From a virus, in IMG/VR virus record IMGVR_UViG_3300009093_000009: a DNA stretch of 64,000 nt, one strand, 5' to 3'. The notes below the pieces were generated by a model. It saw only the letters and a list, made by a program, of their open reading frames with translations, ran no database searches and was not told where the DNA came from. Positions 35,496 to 45,310 of this stretch are shown in pieces. Made by a program: the position numbers and the translations under genes. The stretch's first letter is position 1. Each line of letters opens with the position of its first letter.

Positions 35496-36695
35496 GTGGG
35501 ACAGCTACAGCTTCTCAGCAATGTACACCTGAAAAGGATTTGGCCCGACCTGTATTTTCCACTTCTTCAGAAGATGGATTTTCGATGGTCGAACCCGCAG
35601 GGCGGTCGCATCCCGACCGTACCGGCGTCTTGGGGCGAAATTCAGGCCCGTGGCAATAGCCGCATCCAGATAGCGCCTATCATCGGTCGCGGCCAGAGCG
35701 CGCCGATCAAGACGCCCAATGATGTTCTGCGCCTGGAGCAGAGCACGATCCCCAAGATCAAGCATGGCGTGCTGCTCGATGAAACGACGCTTCGCGATCT
35801 GGAAGCCGTCTCCGATGCTTTTGGCGGCGTTCCCTCGATGGACAACGAACTCGTCCAGAACTTCGTGAACTACGAAAGCAGCAAGCTGAAGGAACTGGCC
35901 CTGGGATGTACCGCTCGGCGCGAGCATATGACCATCGGGATGCTGCTCGATACCTATACCTATGCCAATGAGCACGGGATGCAGTTCTCGATGACCTGGG
36001 GAGCGCCCTCGGACAGCAAGCTGACGGTAGGCACGGCCTGGGGCGATGGAACCATCGGAATGTCGCACGCGGCAACCGGGGCGAAAGTCATCGATGACAT
36101 CCAGACGTTCCTGACCAACCTTTCGGTGACTTACGGCAAGGACTATGACCGCGCATCGATGTCTCGGCAGACCGCGCTCTACATGATCGGCACCGATCAG
36201 TTCCGCGCCATGGCCCCGATCTTCTGGAGCCAGGCGGGACTTGCTCCCACGGTCACGCAACTTCCTTTCAATAACTTCTCCGCGATGGTTCCCATCCTGG
36301 AGAAAATCCTGGGACTGTCCATCGAAATCGATGACCGGCAGGTTCAGCAGGAGCAGATCGATATGAGCCTGTGGAACGCGCCTCCGAATGCGCCCGCCGC
36401 TGGACAGTACATCCGGTACCAGCCCGCCAATGTAGTCATCTTCACGAACAGCCAGGATGACGGCAGCGCAATGGCATGGGATGTCGCCAATCTCCCGGTC
36501 GCGGAGAGCTATCCGGGCCGCGTACCCGGCATGATCGGCGGACAGCCCACGGCAGGCGGCTCGCGCGGTCCGTTCCAGTATGCCTCCGCGCTCTCGTTAT
36601 CGGGCGATCCGGTCGGCACCGTGCTGTTCTCCGTCGAGGAGAGCCTGCCCCGCAAGGTCGATCTGCTCTGCGCCGCCTCGATGACCGTATGGTAA
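35496..36695 (+). CDS. Major capsid protein (lambda gpE-like)
   Basis: 399 aa, GTG start behind AGGAGAAA. Synteny after the S49 protease, followed by a strong hairpin. General resemblance to the Phage_cap_E family. Confidence 0.7.
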   Translation: MGQLQLLSNVHLKRIWPDLYFPLLQKMDFRWSNPQGGRIPTVPASWGEIQARGNSRIQIAPIIGRGQSAPIKTPNDVLRLEQSTIPKIKHGVLLDETTLRDLEAVSDAFGGVPSMDNELVQNFVNYESSKLKELALGCTARREHMTIGMLLDTYTYANEHGMQFSMTWGAPSDSKLTVGTAWGDGTIGMSHAATGAKVIDDIQTFLTNLSVTYGKDYDRASMSRQTALYMIGTDQFRAMAPIFWSQAGLAPTVTQLPFNNFSAMVPILEKILGLSIEIDDRQVQQEQIDMSLWNAPPNAPAAGQYIRYQPANVVIFTNSQDDGSAMAWDVANLPVAESYPGRVPGMIGGQPTAGGSRGPFQYASALSLSGDPVGTVLFSVEESLPRKVDLLCAASMTVW

Positions 36696-36698
36696 ATC

Positions 36699-36726
36699 GC
36701 TAAGGGTACGGAAATGTACCCTTAGC
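36699..36726 (+). terminator. 11-bp hairpin after the capsid gene
   Basis: GCTAAGGGTAC ggaaat GTACCCTTAGC starts 4 nt after the stop codon. No T-tract, so it may be a stabiliser or a partial terminator. Confidence 0.45.
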
Positions 36727-36747
36727 TCCAGATAAGGAGCACTTGGA

Positions 36748-37200
36748 ATGGGACAGTACAAAAACGGAAAACTAACGCGCGAAGGCATGAAGGCCGTCAT
36801 CGATGGCGGTGGCGTGGTGATGCACGAAGGCAATATCCTTCGCCATCACCACGAACTTCCGCTGCCGGAGAGCATGACGGATAGCAAAGTGGAACGCGCG
36901 CGGGTAAAGGCGGAACTGCTGGCGGAGCACGATGCCCTTATAAAGCGGATCACCGATATTAGCGGCGATGCGGAAGCAGAGGAAAGCGCCGAGGATAACT
37001 CCGATACCGAAGGAGGCCAGGCGGACGCGGATGGCGATGGCAGCATCGACCTGGACGAAGACGGCGATCCCAAGAAGTACCAGGTTCTTAAATCGCTGGC
37101 CGTGGAAAAGGGCTATAACCAGGGAGGCCATCCCTCCCGCATCGATCTGAAGGCATACCTGAAGCAGCAGAAAGACATGGGCCAAAAGGTAATCGCCTAA
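36748..37200 (+). CDS. Hypothetical protein with acidic central region
   Basis: 150-aa ORF. Confidence 0.55.
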   Translation: MGQYKNGKLTREGMKAVIDGGGVVMHEGNILRHHHELPLPESMTDSKVERARVKAELLAEHDALIKRITDISGDAEAEESAEDNSDTEGGQADADGDGSIDLDEDGDPKKYQVLKSLAVEKGYNQGGHPSRIDLKAYLKQQKDMGQKVIA

Positions 37201-37220
37201 ACGCTGAAAGGCAATGAACG

Positions 37221-37730
37221 ATGACTGCATCCGGATGTGCTGTTCGTCGCTCAGACAGGACGATACCTATGTTCAATCTCGCTCCTGCCCAGATCGTCGC
37301 CGTTATTGTGTGTGTTTGTGGGGCTATCGGCGCGGGGGTGGGAGCCTGGATAACCGCCCGGTACTCCCTGCTCTCGAAGCTGATGGAAACCATGAAGGGC
37401 TTCGCGGATACCCAGGCATCGGACGCGCACTACCTTCGCGATAAGGTCATCGGCATAGAAGCGGTCCAGCACACGCTTCAGACAGAACTCAATGCGGTTA
37501 ACGTTAAGCTGGTGGAGACGCAGATACAGCTTATCGACACAAAGAATAAGCTGACCATCGTGGAAGCCGAAAACGCACAGCTTCGCTTGCAGAATGGCAT
37601 CCAGGCCGATGAAATCGAAGCCCTGAAGAAAGAGAATAGGCGGCTCTCTTCGGAGCACACGGAAATGAAAACGGCCATGAGCCGCCTTCAGTCGGTCGAT
37701 GGAATCGACAAAAACGGGCTGATCGTGTGA
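37221..37730 (+). CDS. N-terminally membrane-anchored coiled-coil protein (Rz/i-spanin-like architecture)
   Basis: TM segment IVAVIVCVCGAIGAGVGAWI followed by about 120 aa of heptad-like sequence. The start may be the ATG at 37269. Confidence 0.5.
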   Translation: MTASGCAVRRSDRTIPMFNLAPAQIVAVIVCVCGAIGAGVGAWITARYSLLSKLMETMKGFADTQASDAHYLRDKVIGIEAVQHTLQTELNAVNVKLVETQIQLIDTKNKLTIVEAENAQLRLQNGIQADEIEALKKENRRLSSEHTEMKTAMSRLQSVDGIDKNGLIV

Positions 37731-37743
37731 CCCATGGGTCACA
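37726..37743. repeat. Palindromic motif copy 7
   Basis: TGTGACCCATGGGTCACA (perfect). Overlaps the stop of the 37221-37730 gene, 14 nt upstream of the start at 37758. Confidence 0.95.
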
Positions 37744-37757
37744 GTGGAGAAATTGAA

Positions 37758-37976
37758 ATGAAGCCACTCTTCGTGCTTATTGCATGGGCTGTTAAATTTC
37801 GCGCTTTTGGATTTACCTTTGGAAGCTATAGCGATCACAAAGTCGTTGCGCTTCCAGCCATATTCCAGGTTGCGTCCGCGCTTACCAACGCGCATATGGC
37901 TTATAGCTATAACGACCATGGCGTGATCGTATCCGTATCGCTTACCGATGATCCTACCGCCGCCGTGACTGTCTAG
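37758..37976 (+). CDS. Small protein with hydrophobic N-terminus
   Basis: Start at MKPLFVLIAW behind motif + GGAGAAA RBS. Confidence 0.45.
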   Translation: MKPLFVLIAWAVKFRAFGFTFGSYSDHKVVALPAIFQVASALTNAHMAYSYNDHGVIVSVSLTDDPTAAVTV

Positions 37977-37985
37977 GAGAGCCTG

Positions 37986-38561
37986 ATGGCACGCTGGATA
38001 CAGATCGTCAATCTGAAGTTCGATCCTTTGGCCTTCAGGGCATACGCGAAGTCTCTGAGCGTGGAGAAAAGCGCCTGGAAGCCAAAGGGCATCGTGCTGC
38101 ATAATACCGCCGATCCCGATCTTGCGGCCTGGGCGAAGCACTCCTGGCAGGACAATCTGGAAATTCTGGTGGAGTACTATCGCGACACGATGAAATGGCA
38201 CGCGGGACCGCATCTGTTCGTGGCCCCGGAAGGCATCTGCTGCTTCACTCCGATAGCCACTCCCGGCGTTCACAGCCCATCGTTTAATAACACGCATCTT
38301 GGCGTGGAAATGGTCGGCAACTACGTCCTGCCTAAAGCCTCCGATGACTTCCAGAACGGCAAAGGCGGCATCGTGCATCTGAATGCGATCAGCGCGGTCG
38401 CCACGCTCTGCGAAGTCTTCCATCTTGACAGCGCATCGTTAAAGCTGCATCGCGAAGACCCAAAGACGACCCACGACTGCCCAGGACACCAGGTTGACAA
38501 GACAGCATTCATCCAGGCGGTTCATAACGAACTCTTGAAACGGAAGCCAGTAGTCGCATGA
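37986..38561 (+). CDS. N-acetylmuramoyl-L-alanine amidase (Amidase_2/PGRP-type endolysin)
   Basis: GIVLHNTA..., GPHLFV..., THLGVEMVGNY and HREDPKTTHDCPG are typical of T7-lysozyme-type amidases. Confidence 0.85.
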   Translation: MARWIQIVNLKFDPLAFRAYAKSLSVEKSAWKPKGIVLHNTADPDLAAWAKHSWQDNLEILVEYYRDTMKWHAGPHLFVAPEGICCFTPIATPGVHSPSFNNTHLGVEMVGNYVLPKASDDFQNGKGGIVHLNAISAVATLCEVFHLDSASLKLHREDPKTTHDCPGHQVDKTAFIQAVHNELLKRKPVVA

Positions 38562-38869
38562 GCCAGAACACCATCGCTCAGATATTCGCCAGCCGCGCCA
38601 TACGCATGCTGCTATCCTCGATAGTGGCGGGAGCCTTGGCGGGCTTCATAGCCCAGGATGGCGGCGCGAATATCCACGCGGCCTTGACGGTGGCGGCGAT
38701 TACGTCCCTGAAGGATATTCACGCCTACCTGAGCACAAGCCCATTCCAGCCAATCGATAAGCCTAAAGATGCTGAGAAGGCTGCTGTAGCGCCAGCAATC
38801 GCCATCGTGGATGCAGCAGACAAGGATGTACCCGATGTCACGGATAACGCCCGCCCACGCGCAAATTGA
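38558..38869 (+). CDS. Holin-like membrane protein
   Basis: ATGA overlap with the amidase gene. Hydrophobic segments RMLLSSIVAGALAGFIA and AALTVAAITSL. Charged C-terminus. Confidence 0.45.
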   Translation: MSQNTIAQIFASRAIRMLLSSIVAGALAGFIAQDGGANIHAALTVAAITSLKDIHAYLSTSPFQPIDKPKDAEKAAVAPAIAIVDAADKDVPDVTDNARPRAN

Positions 38870-39278
38870 AACCCTGCGGCTGCAATACAGCTACCCAGCG
38901 CATGAGCCACGGGAAGAAGACCCGCATTACCATGTTTTCAACGAGACGCGGCGCAGGATGGAGAAATCTGGCCTGCTGAAGTGCTGGATAGGCAATGCCG
39001 ACTGCTGCGGCAATGTCGAACTCCATCACGATAAGGTGGAGTTCTCCCTGGCTAACATCGTGGATGTGGATCACTTCAGGAAATTATTCCCTGAATTCGG
39101 CATCGACGACGATCAGGAATTTCAGGACTGGATCGAAGGCGAGGGCAATCTTCTGGCTCTCTGTGAAATGCACCATCGCGGCCTTCTTGGCATCCATTCC
39201 ATTCACATGCCCGCATGGTGCATTCAGCGATATATGAAGGCAGGCGTCTCGCCGCCCGAGCGCGTGATAAGGATTTAG
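38826..39278 (+). CDS. HNH endonuclease
   Basis: CCGNVELHHDKVEFSLAN...LLALCEMHHRG fits the HNH pattern. Confidence 0.7.
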   Translation: MYPMSRITPAHAQIETLRLQYSYPAHEPREEDPHYHVFNETRRRMEKSGLLKCWIGNADCCGNVELHHDKVEFSLANIVDVDHFRKLFPEFGIDDDQEFQDWIEGEGNLLALCEMHHRGLLGIHSIHMPAWCIQRYMKAGVSPPERVIRI

Positions 39279-39354
39279 CGTGAATATCACACAGTTCTAT
39301 CGCAGCAAGTTTGGCTTCCCGAATCAGGATAAGCCCCTATGGGCGATCAGACTG

Positions 39355-40977
39355 ATGCTTCGATGGTTTGGCCTTATAGCCGCCATCGTGCTTCTTGGCT
39401 CGTCAGGAACGGCGCAGCACGCCAGGACCGGCATCGCGGGCGCTACTCACCTGCGCCCTGGCCTTCCGGATGGCTCCGTGCATATCCGCAGCATGACCGC
39501 CGCCATTCCCTCGGGCGCAACTTACTATATCGCCACGACGGGAAATGACAGCACGGGAACCGGGTCGTCCGTAAGTCCCTGGGCCACGCCTAACCATGCT
39601 TACGCCTCCATGGCTGCTGGCGATACCCTGATTATCAAAAATGGAACGTACCATCAGACCAACCTGTGTACGCGCTTCGATGGGCAGCGGCCTCCAGCGG
39701 GAACGTCTGTCGCCTATACCACCGTGCAGGCGGAAACCGATGGCAGCGTCATCTTCGATGGAGACAACACCACTTCCGACCTGTCCGTCGATAACACTCC
39801 CGCGTCGGCTCTAAACTACATTACTTTTCGCGGCATCGTCTTTCTGCACCAGACAGGCGGCGTGGGCCTCTATGCCTGCGACCATATCAAGTTCTTGAAG
39901 TGCGGCATTGAAGGTAATGGGTCGGGAAACACGGCATCTTTCTCGCTATCCACCGGATGCACCTACTGTCTTTTTGAGGATTGCTATGCCTGGGGCGCGG
40001 ATCGCTACAAATTCCTGATCTATCATTCCGATCATGATATTCTAAGGCGCTGCATCGTACGTCACGACCGTGCTTTTATCGGCGTGGGCGGCAATCCCAC
40101 TGCATCGTTTACCTGCTATTCCAGCGATCATGTCTGGTTTCAGAATTGCATTGGCGTCGATATGTCGCCGGTCGTTTTCTTCAATGGAGCGAATGAATAC
40201 TCCGGCGAATTTTATGCCCCCACTCCCTCGGGATGGGTCAGCAGCTTCTATATGGATAGCTGTATTTCCCTGCACTCCACGATGCAGTTTTGCAGCCTTG
40301 GCAACGATCAAGGCAATCCCACGCCAGACATCAATATTCGGAACTGCGTAGGATGGGACATCCTGGAAGGCATGTGGATCAGGACCAACTGCTCCATCGA
40401 TAAATGCACCTTCGGGGCGTTCCGTGGCCCCGCGCTGCAAACCGTCGATGAAGGGCTGGAGTATGAAACCGGCACGAACAATATCCCGCCGACGATTACA
40501 AATTCCATCGTGCGCGATATTCCAAGCCCAGGTATCGCGCTTTCGAACTTCCTGACGGAAGACTACAACGATCTATTTAACAACGCGACAGTCCGATCCG
40601 GCACGCCGACCGGAGCGCACACCATATCCACAAATCCATCGCTCACCTATATCGCCAGGATCGAGGCAGGCAATGCCACGCTTCACGCCGCTGGCAGCAG
40701 CGGCAGCGACATCGGCGCGAATATTATCAACCAGTTCGGTACTTCCGGAACGGTTTGGGGCGATGCGGGATATAACACGCAGACGGCCTCCCTGCTCTGG
40801 CCGCTGCCATCCGAGGCTAAAGCCGCCTATTGGATGAACACCTACAGCTACACGGGTACGGAGGGAACGATTACTGGCAATCGAGGCTTTGCCTCTTCCG
40901 CAAGTATCGCGGCCCATGCATCGAACCCTCTGACCTACTACATCTGGAATTATCTTGGCAACGGAAGCCCGTACTGA
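39355..40977 (+). CDS. Secreted right-handed beta-helix (pectate-lyase-fold) protein
   Basis: Sec-type signal MLRWFGLIAAIVLLGSSGTAQHA. YYIATTGNDSTGTGSSVSPWATPNHAYASMAAGDTLIIKNGTY is the typical beta-helix/DUF1565 N-terminal cap. Confidence 0.7.
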   Translation: MLRWFGLIAAIVLLGSSGTAQHARTGIAGATHLRPGLPDGSVHIRSMTAAIPSGATYYIATTGNDSTGTGSSVSPWATPNHAYASMAAGDTLIIKNGTYHQTNLCTRFDGQRPPAGTSVAYTTVQAETDGSVIFDGDNTTSDLSVDNTPASALNYITFRGIVFLHQTGGVGLYACDHIKFLKCGIEGNGSGNTASFSLSTGCTYCLFEDCYAWGADRYKFLIYHSDHDILRRCIVRHDRAFIGVGGNPTASFTCYSSDHVWFQNCIGVDMSPVVFFNGANEYSGEFYAPTPSGWVSSFYMDSCISLHSTMQFCSLGNDQGNPTPDINIRNCVGWDILEGMWIRTNCSIDKCTFGAFRGPALQTVDEGLEYETGTNNIPPTITNSIVRDIPSPGIALSNFLTEDYNDLFNNATVRSGTPTGAHTISTNPSLTYIARIEAGNATLHAAGSSGSDIGANIINQFGTSGTVWGDAGYNTQTASLLWPLPSEAKAAYWMNTYSYTGTEGTITGNRGFASSASIAAHASNPLTYYIWNYLGNGSPY

Positions 40978-40987
40978 GGAACCATCG

Positions 40988-43513
40988 ATGAAGCGATTTT
41001 TAAGATTGTGGCTGCTGGTTGTAGCTTCCATCGTGATGAGCCTGGGCAGCGCCCCCGGCCTTGCCGCCATTACGCTCGTAACGCACGCCAATGCTACCGG
41101 AAATATAAATACAGTCACCAGCGCATCGGCCAATACCACGGGCGCTAACCTGATTGTAATAAGCATTTCCTGGTATATCGGCGGCACGGCCCCTGTTCTT
41201 ACCGATAATAAATCGAACACCTGGACGGCCCTTACTGAGCACGATGCCAACATTATATCGTCGGTCCGCATGTACTACTGCGTCGGAGGCACGGTAGGGA
41301 CTGGGCACACCTTTACCGCAACGGGAACCGGGAGCGCGCCCGCTCTCTGCATGACCTGCTATAGCGGCGCAGCCAGTTCCCCGCTCGATACTCAGAATGG
41401 CGCGGGTACATCGGCATCAGGCGCAACTCTCAATACTGGCAGCGTCACTCCCGCAGCCAATGGCTCCTTAATTGTCTCCGGTTTATGTTGGGATACATCG
41501 GGCCAGACAGCGGCTAATAGCCTGGGTTGGTCTATCTCCGATCAGAGCGATGGCGTCAGCGGTGTAAGCATGGGCGCATCGATGGCCTACCTGATCCAGA
41601 CGACTGCCTCCGCGGTTAATCTGCAATGGTCCCTTACCACGGGCGGGAACTTGGCCGCGAACGTGGCGGTGTTTAAGGCCGCCACTACAGGATGGGTGCT
41701 CGCTTACGATAGCGGCGATATGTCGCTGCTAACCAGCGGCGATCCGCTTCCTACCTATGGCGGACTTTCTCTCACCGAAACGCTCAATACACTGGCTCCT
41801 ACCAAACAGTACGTCATCAACGATGCGGGGGACGGTCTTGGCGTGGGCTTGCGGCGCACTGCCGATGGCGGGCAGATGGAGGCGAACCGCCTGGTGCTCG
41901 ATGTGGGCGGAACGGCGCACCGGCAGGCCAAGATCGAAATTACCTGGAAGGCATCCGCGCTCTCATCCACGGCCACTCTTCCCAACTGGACGGCGGTTTG
42001 GGGCATATCCAATAGCGGCGCTTTTGGCTCCGGTCATATGTATCAGGGCGGCTATGTCGCATCGTCCACAGGCCCTCTATCGCAGGCGGAGTGGGGCGCT
42101 TTTGCCGATACGGCTGCCGGGACCACGGGCAGCGGAGCCGAAAGCTATACCTTAAACGCCTCCGCGCAGACTGATTTCCAGATCAATAACAGCGGCGCGT
42201 TTGGGATGACCACCACCTTCAATGGCAATCCCCACGCCGATACCATCTCGGATGGCCTGGTGCCGACTACGGGCCATGGCGCTATCTTGATTACGGGATC
42301 ATCGGGGGCGTCGCTTAGCCATCTGGTGATAACCCGGCTGAAAATATCCTATGATGACTACATAGACACGACGCTTCGATTAACGGCGGCTGCGGGCTAC
42401 CCCACCGTGACCGGCACGCATATCGCCGTGGCTGGACCCACGAAGACCGGAGGCGTGGGCGCGAGCGTATCCTATGCCTGGTACTATACGACCACCTACA
42501 ACGGCACTGGAACGGCGATCAGCGGCCAGAGCGGGACGATCACCAACGCGGCGACGGCGGTTCCAGACCTGGCCTGGGATGTCCCCAGTGGGCAGCAGAA
42601 CATCCCGCTCTGGCTCTACTGCACGCTCTCCGATGGAACGACCACCTACGATGCGATAGGCCCGTGGGATACCACGCACTTTGCAATCGGCGATACCGGA
42701 AGCTACATTCCCGCCGCCGCGCCCGTGCCTGCCGTGCCTGACAATACCGCCCTGGGGGCGCTCTTCGACTGGAGCAAGGTGCCATCAGGCAAGAAGGTGA
42801 TCTTCGCGCAGATTGGCGACAGTATCACCTTTAATTCGGCATCGGCCTTCACTTCCGACTTTGCCGCGCTCGATGGCGCTAGCAAGCATCTGGCAATCGA
42901 TGCGGGCCATAGCAGCAGCTTTATCGCCGACTGGCTCCCGACTGCGGCAGCGACAGGGACAGGGCAGAGCATCCTTTCGGGAGAGAGCACTCGCAACAAC
43001 TATAACGGCCTGAAGCACTACATCGATGCAAATAAATCCACGGGCGATAAGATCGTGATCTCGATCATGCTTGGCACCAACAATGGCGGCAACAGCACGG
43101 CGGAAATGGCGGACTTCGACACACTCATCGCCGCGCTGCAAAGCGATTACGCCGACTACAACGGAGTGGGCACAGGCTCGCCGCCGATAGTCATCCACGA
43201 TCAGATATATCGCTGGCAGACGGTAAACAGCAATCAGCTAAACCAGTTCCAGCATGAGACGCACTACCATGGCATCGTGGATGCCTCCTCCAGCGATAAA
43301 CTGATCCCTGGCAGCAGGCTCACGCGCCTGTTCTTCATGGCGCACGCGGAACTCTCCGACCTGTTCCTGCATCCCTCCATTTCCACGGGCGCGGATGACT
43401 GGGCGCGGTTCGTGATGGCGCAGCAGCTACAGGCGGCAGTAAGCCTTTATATCACCACCGTGCAGCGCAGGCATACGAGAAGCCCCCGCACCGGAACGCG
43501 CACGTCTAACTAG
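40988..43513 (+). CDS. Large secreted protein with C-terminal SGNH/GDSL hydrolase domain
   Basis: Signal peptide MKRFLRLWLLVVASIVMSLGSAPGLA. SGNH blocks IFAQIGDSITFN (I), IMLGTNNG (III), DLFLHPS (V). Confidence 0.7.
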   Translation: MKRFLRLWLLVVASIVMSLGSAPGLAAITLVTHANATGNINTVTSASANTTGANLIVISISWYIGGTAPVLTDNKSNTWTALTEHDANIISSVRMYYCVGGTVGTGHTFTATGTGSAPALCMTCYSGAASSPLDTQNGAGTSASGATLNTGSVTPAANGSLIVSGLCWDTSGQTAANSLGWSISDQSDGVSGVSMGASMAYLIQTTASAVNLQWSLTTGGNLAANVAVFKAATTGWVLAYDSGDMSLLTSGDPLPTYGGLSLTETLNTLAPTKQYVINDAGDGLGVGLRRTADGGQMEANRLVLDVGGTAHRQAKIEITWKASALSSTATLPNWTAVWGISNSGAFGSGHMYQGGYVASSTGPLSQAEWGAFADTAAGTTGSGAESYTLNASAQTDFQINNSGAFGMTTTFNGNPHADTISDGLVPTTGHGAILITGSSGASLSHLVITRLKISYDDYIDTTLRLTAAAGYPTVTGTHIAVAGPTKTGGVGASVSYAWYYTTTYNGTGTAISGQSGTITNAATAVPDLAWDVPSGQQNIPLWLYCTLSDGTTTYDAIGPWDTTHFAIGDTGSYIPAAAPVPAVPDNTALGALFDWSKVPSGKKVIFAQIGDSITFNSASAFTSDFAALDGASKHLAIDAGHSSSFIADWLPTAAATGTGQSILSGESTRNNYNGLKHYIDANKSTGDKIVISIMLGTNNGGNSTAEMADFDTLIAALQSDYADYNGVGTGSPPIVIHDQIYRWQTVNSNQLNQFQHETHYHGIVDASSSDKLIPGSRLTRLFFMAHAELSDLFLHPSISTGADDWARFVMAQQLQAAVSLYITTVQRRHTRSPRTGTRTSN

Positions 43514-43528
43514 GAGCACACCCCCACG

Positions 43529-44818
43529 ATGAAAAGACTTTTGATATTTTTCGCGCTTCTGGCGATGGCGGTCACATCCCAGGCGCAGGTTACTCTAAAG
43601 CAGAGCGCAACCGCTCGAAAGCTGGTCTTCCTGATGATCGACAGCGCCGATCACATCAGTGGGAAGACCGGACTTACCGTCACGGTAACGCTTTCCAAGA
43701 ATGGCGCGGCCTTTGCCTCCCCGGCGGGAACCGTATCTGAAATCGGGAGCGGCTGGTACGCCCTGACCGCTACCTCGGCGGATACCGGGACGCTTGGAAG
43801 CCTGGTGCTCCATGCCACCGCGACGGGAGCCGATGTCTCCGACCACGAATACAACGTCGTCGCGCCCGATCCCGATAGCGCGACGGTGCTTCTCAACGGC
43901 AATGGAGACGCGCTGCTTGCGTCCCTGGCCGTCGAGTACGGCACGGCCCAGGCAGGGACATCCACGACCCTCCAGCTTCGCGCGGGCGCTCCTTCCTACG
44001 ACCTCTCAGGCCAGTACATCTTCCTGCAATCGGGAACGGGAGCCAAGGCCAGCGTCGCCACTCTGATAACGGCCTACAATACCACCACGAAGACCGCTAC
44101 CGTAGCCGCGTGGCCCAATGGCACGCCCGACAGCACAACGGTCTATCAGATCAGGCCGCAGATGGCCTTCCTGGTGCAAGAGCATACCGAGAACGCCGCC
44201 GATGTGATGGATGCGCTGAATGCCACGAACACCCTCTCTCCCTCGATAGGCAGCATCTTCACCCTGCTTTCCGGCGTTGCAGCGCCGTGGTCCAGCCTGA
44301 CATCCAGCTACACCACGGCGGGAACCTTCGGCAAGCTGCTTAACGATAATCTGAACGCGACCATCAGCAGCCGCATGGCGACATTTACTCTTCCCACCAA
44401 CTTCTCTGCCCTGGCGATCACCAGTGGTGGCGCGGTAACGGCATCGGGCATTACCGGCATCCGGCCTTACATGGTCTACATCGATAACCAGCCTGCGGTC
44501 AAGGCCAGCCTGACGTTCCAGGCAAACGATGTGGGCGTGGTAGTTCAGGAGACGCTTCGCTATCCGAATGGCACTCCCATCGACCTGACAGGCAAGACCG
44601 TAAACTTCCAGCTTGTGCCGATAACAGGCGGCTCTCCGGTAGTGAACTCCGCAGCCACCATTGCATTTGCGACGGGCGGCGTGGCATACTATACACTGAC
44701 AGGTACGGATTTGGCGACAGTGGGAACCTACTATCGCCGGTGGAAAGTAACCGATGGGTCAGGAAATATCGTGACCTATCCGAACACGAACAGCCTGACT
44801 GTCGTGATCCACAACTAA
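43529..44818 (+). CDS. Secreted protein with Ig-like/fibre-like domains
   Basis: Signal peptide MKRLLIFFALLAMAVTSQA. N-terminal ...SGKTGLTVTVTLSKNGAAF...GWYALTATSADT... and a C-terminal beta-rich domain resemble phage fibre modules. Confidence 0.6.
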   Translation: MKRLLIFFALLAMAVTSQAQVTLKQSATARKLVFLMIDSADHISGKTGLTVTVTLSKNGAAFASPAGTVSEIGSGWYALTATSADTGTLGSLVLHATATGADVSDHEYNVVAPDPDSATVLLNGNGDALLASLAVEYGTAQAGTSTTLQLRAGAPSYDLSGQYIFLQSGTGAKASVATLITAYNTTTKTATVAAWPNGTPDSTTVYQIRPQMAFLVQEHTENAADVMDALNATNTLSPSIGSIFTLLSGVAAPWSSLTSSYTTAGTFGKLLNDNLNATISSRMATFTLPTNFSALAITSGGAVTASGITGIRPYMVYIDNQPAVKASLTFQANDVGVVVQETLRYPNGTPIDLTGKTVNFQLVPITGGSPVVNSAATIAFATGGVAYYTLTGTDLATVGTYYRRWKVTDGSGNIVTYPNTNSLTVVIHN

Positions 44819-44827
44819 TCGGCGGAA

Positions 44828-44845
44828 TGCGACCCAAGGGTCACA
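44828..44845. repeat. Palindromic motif copy 8
   Basis: TGCGACCCAAGGGTCACA, 18 nt upstream of the start at 44864. Confidence 0.9.
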
Positions 44846-44863
44846 CTTTTTATCGGAGAAGCA

Positions 44864-45310
44864 ATGAGCACGTTCGATGATCTCTCGACGGACGGTGGAA
44901 AACTCCGCTGGTTCTTAAACGACCGGGATAGCGAAGCTCCTTTCTTCTCCGATCCCGATCTGGAAGGGCTTCGCTTTGAAGCGAACTCTTTTGTAGTTCC
45001 ACTTACCGATCTTCCAGCCGCCGCGCTTTACTACGCGGCGCACATCGGATGGCTTATCAAGGCGGGACTTCGTGCCGATGAAAGCAAGAAGCAGAAGATC
45101 GTCGTTCTGATGAAGGACACGCACGTCACCTATCTCGATGCCGTGGCCCAGGCGCACCAATACTTGATGCTGTCCAAGAGAGCATCCGCAAGCAGTCTGG
45201 ATGGCGGTATCGGCGTGGCCGTACCCACGCTCGATACGCATACGCCAAGGCTCGATACCGACTGCAACCCGTTTATTCGACATCGTGACCTTCTGGAAGA
45301 AATCTTCTGA
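44864..45310 (+). CDS. Putative head-tail joining protein
   Basis: 148-aa ORF behind motif + GGAGAAG RBS. First of the genes preceding the tail module. Confidence 0.5.
   Translation: MSTFDDLSTDGGKLRWFLNDRDSEAPFFSDPDLEGLRFEANSFVVPLTDLPAAALYYAAHIGWLIKAGLRADESKKQKIVVLMKDTHVTYLDAVAQAHQYLMLSKRASASSLDGGIGVAVPTLDTHTPRLDTDCNPFIRHRDLLEEIF

Noticed and set aside
37251-38423. 390-aa ORF on the minus strand
   Set aside because: Antisense to the clearly recognisable amidase and neighbouring plus-strand genes. No motifs. A shadow ORF.
39280-39354. GTG start at 39280 for the beta-helix protein
   Set aside because: The internal ATG at 39355 gives a canonical Sec signal peptide right at the N-terminus, whereas the longer form buries it behind 25 residues. 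The choice remains uncertain.
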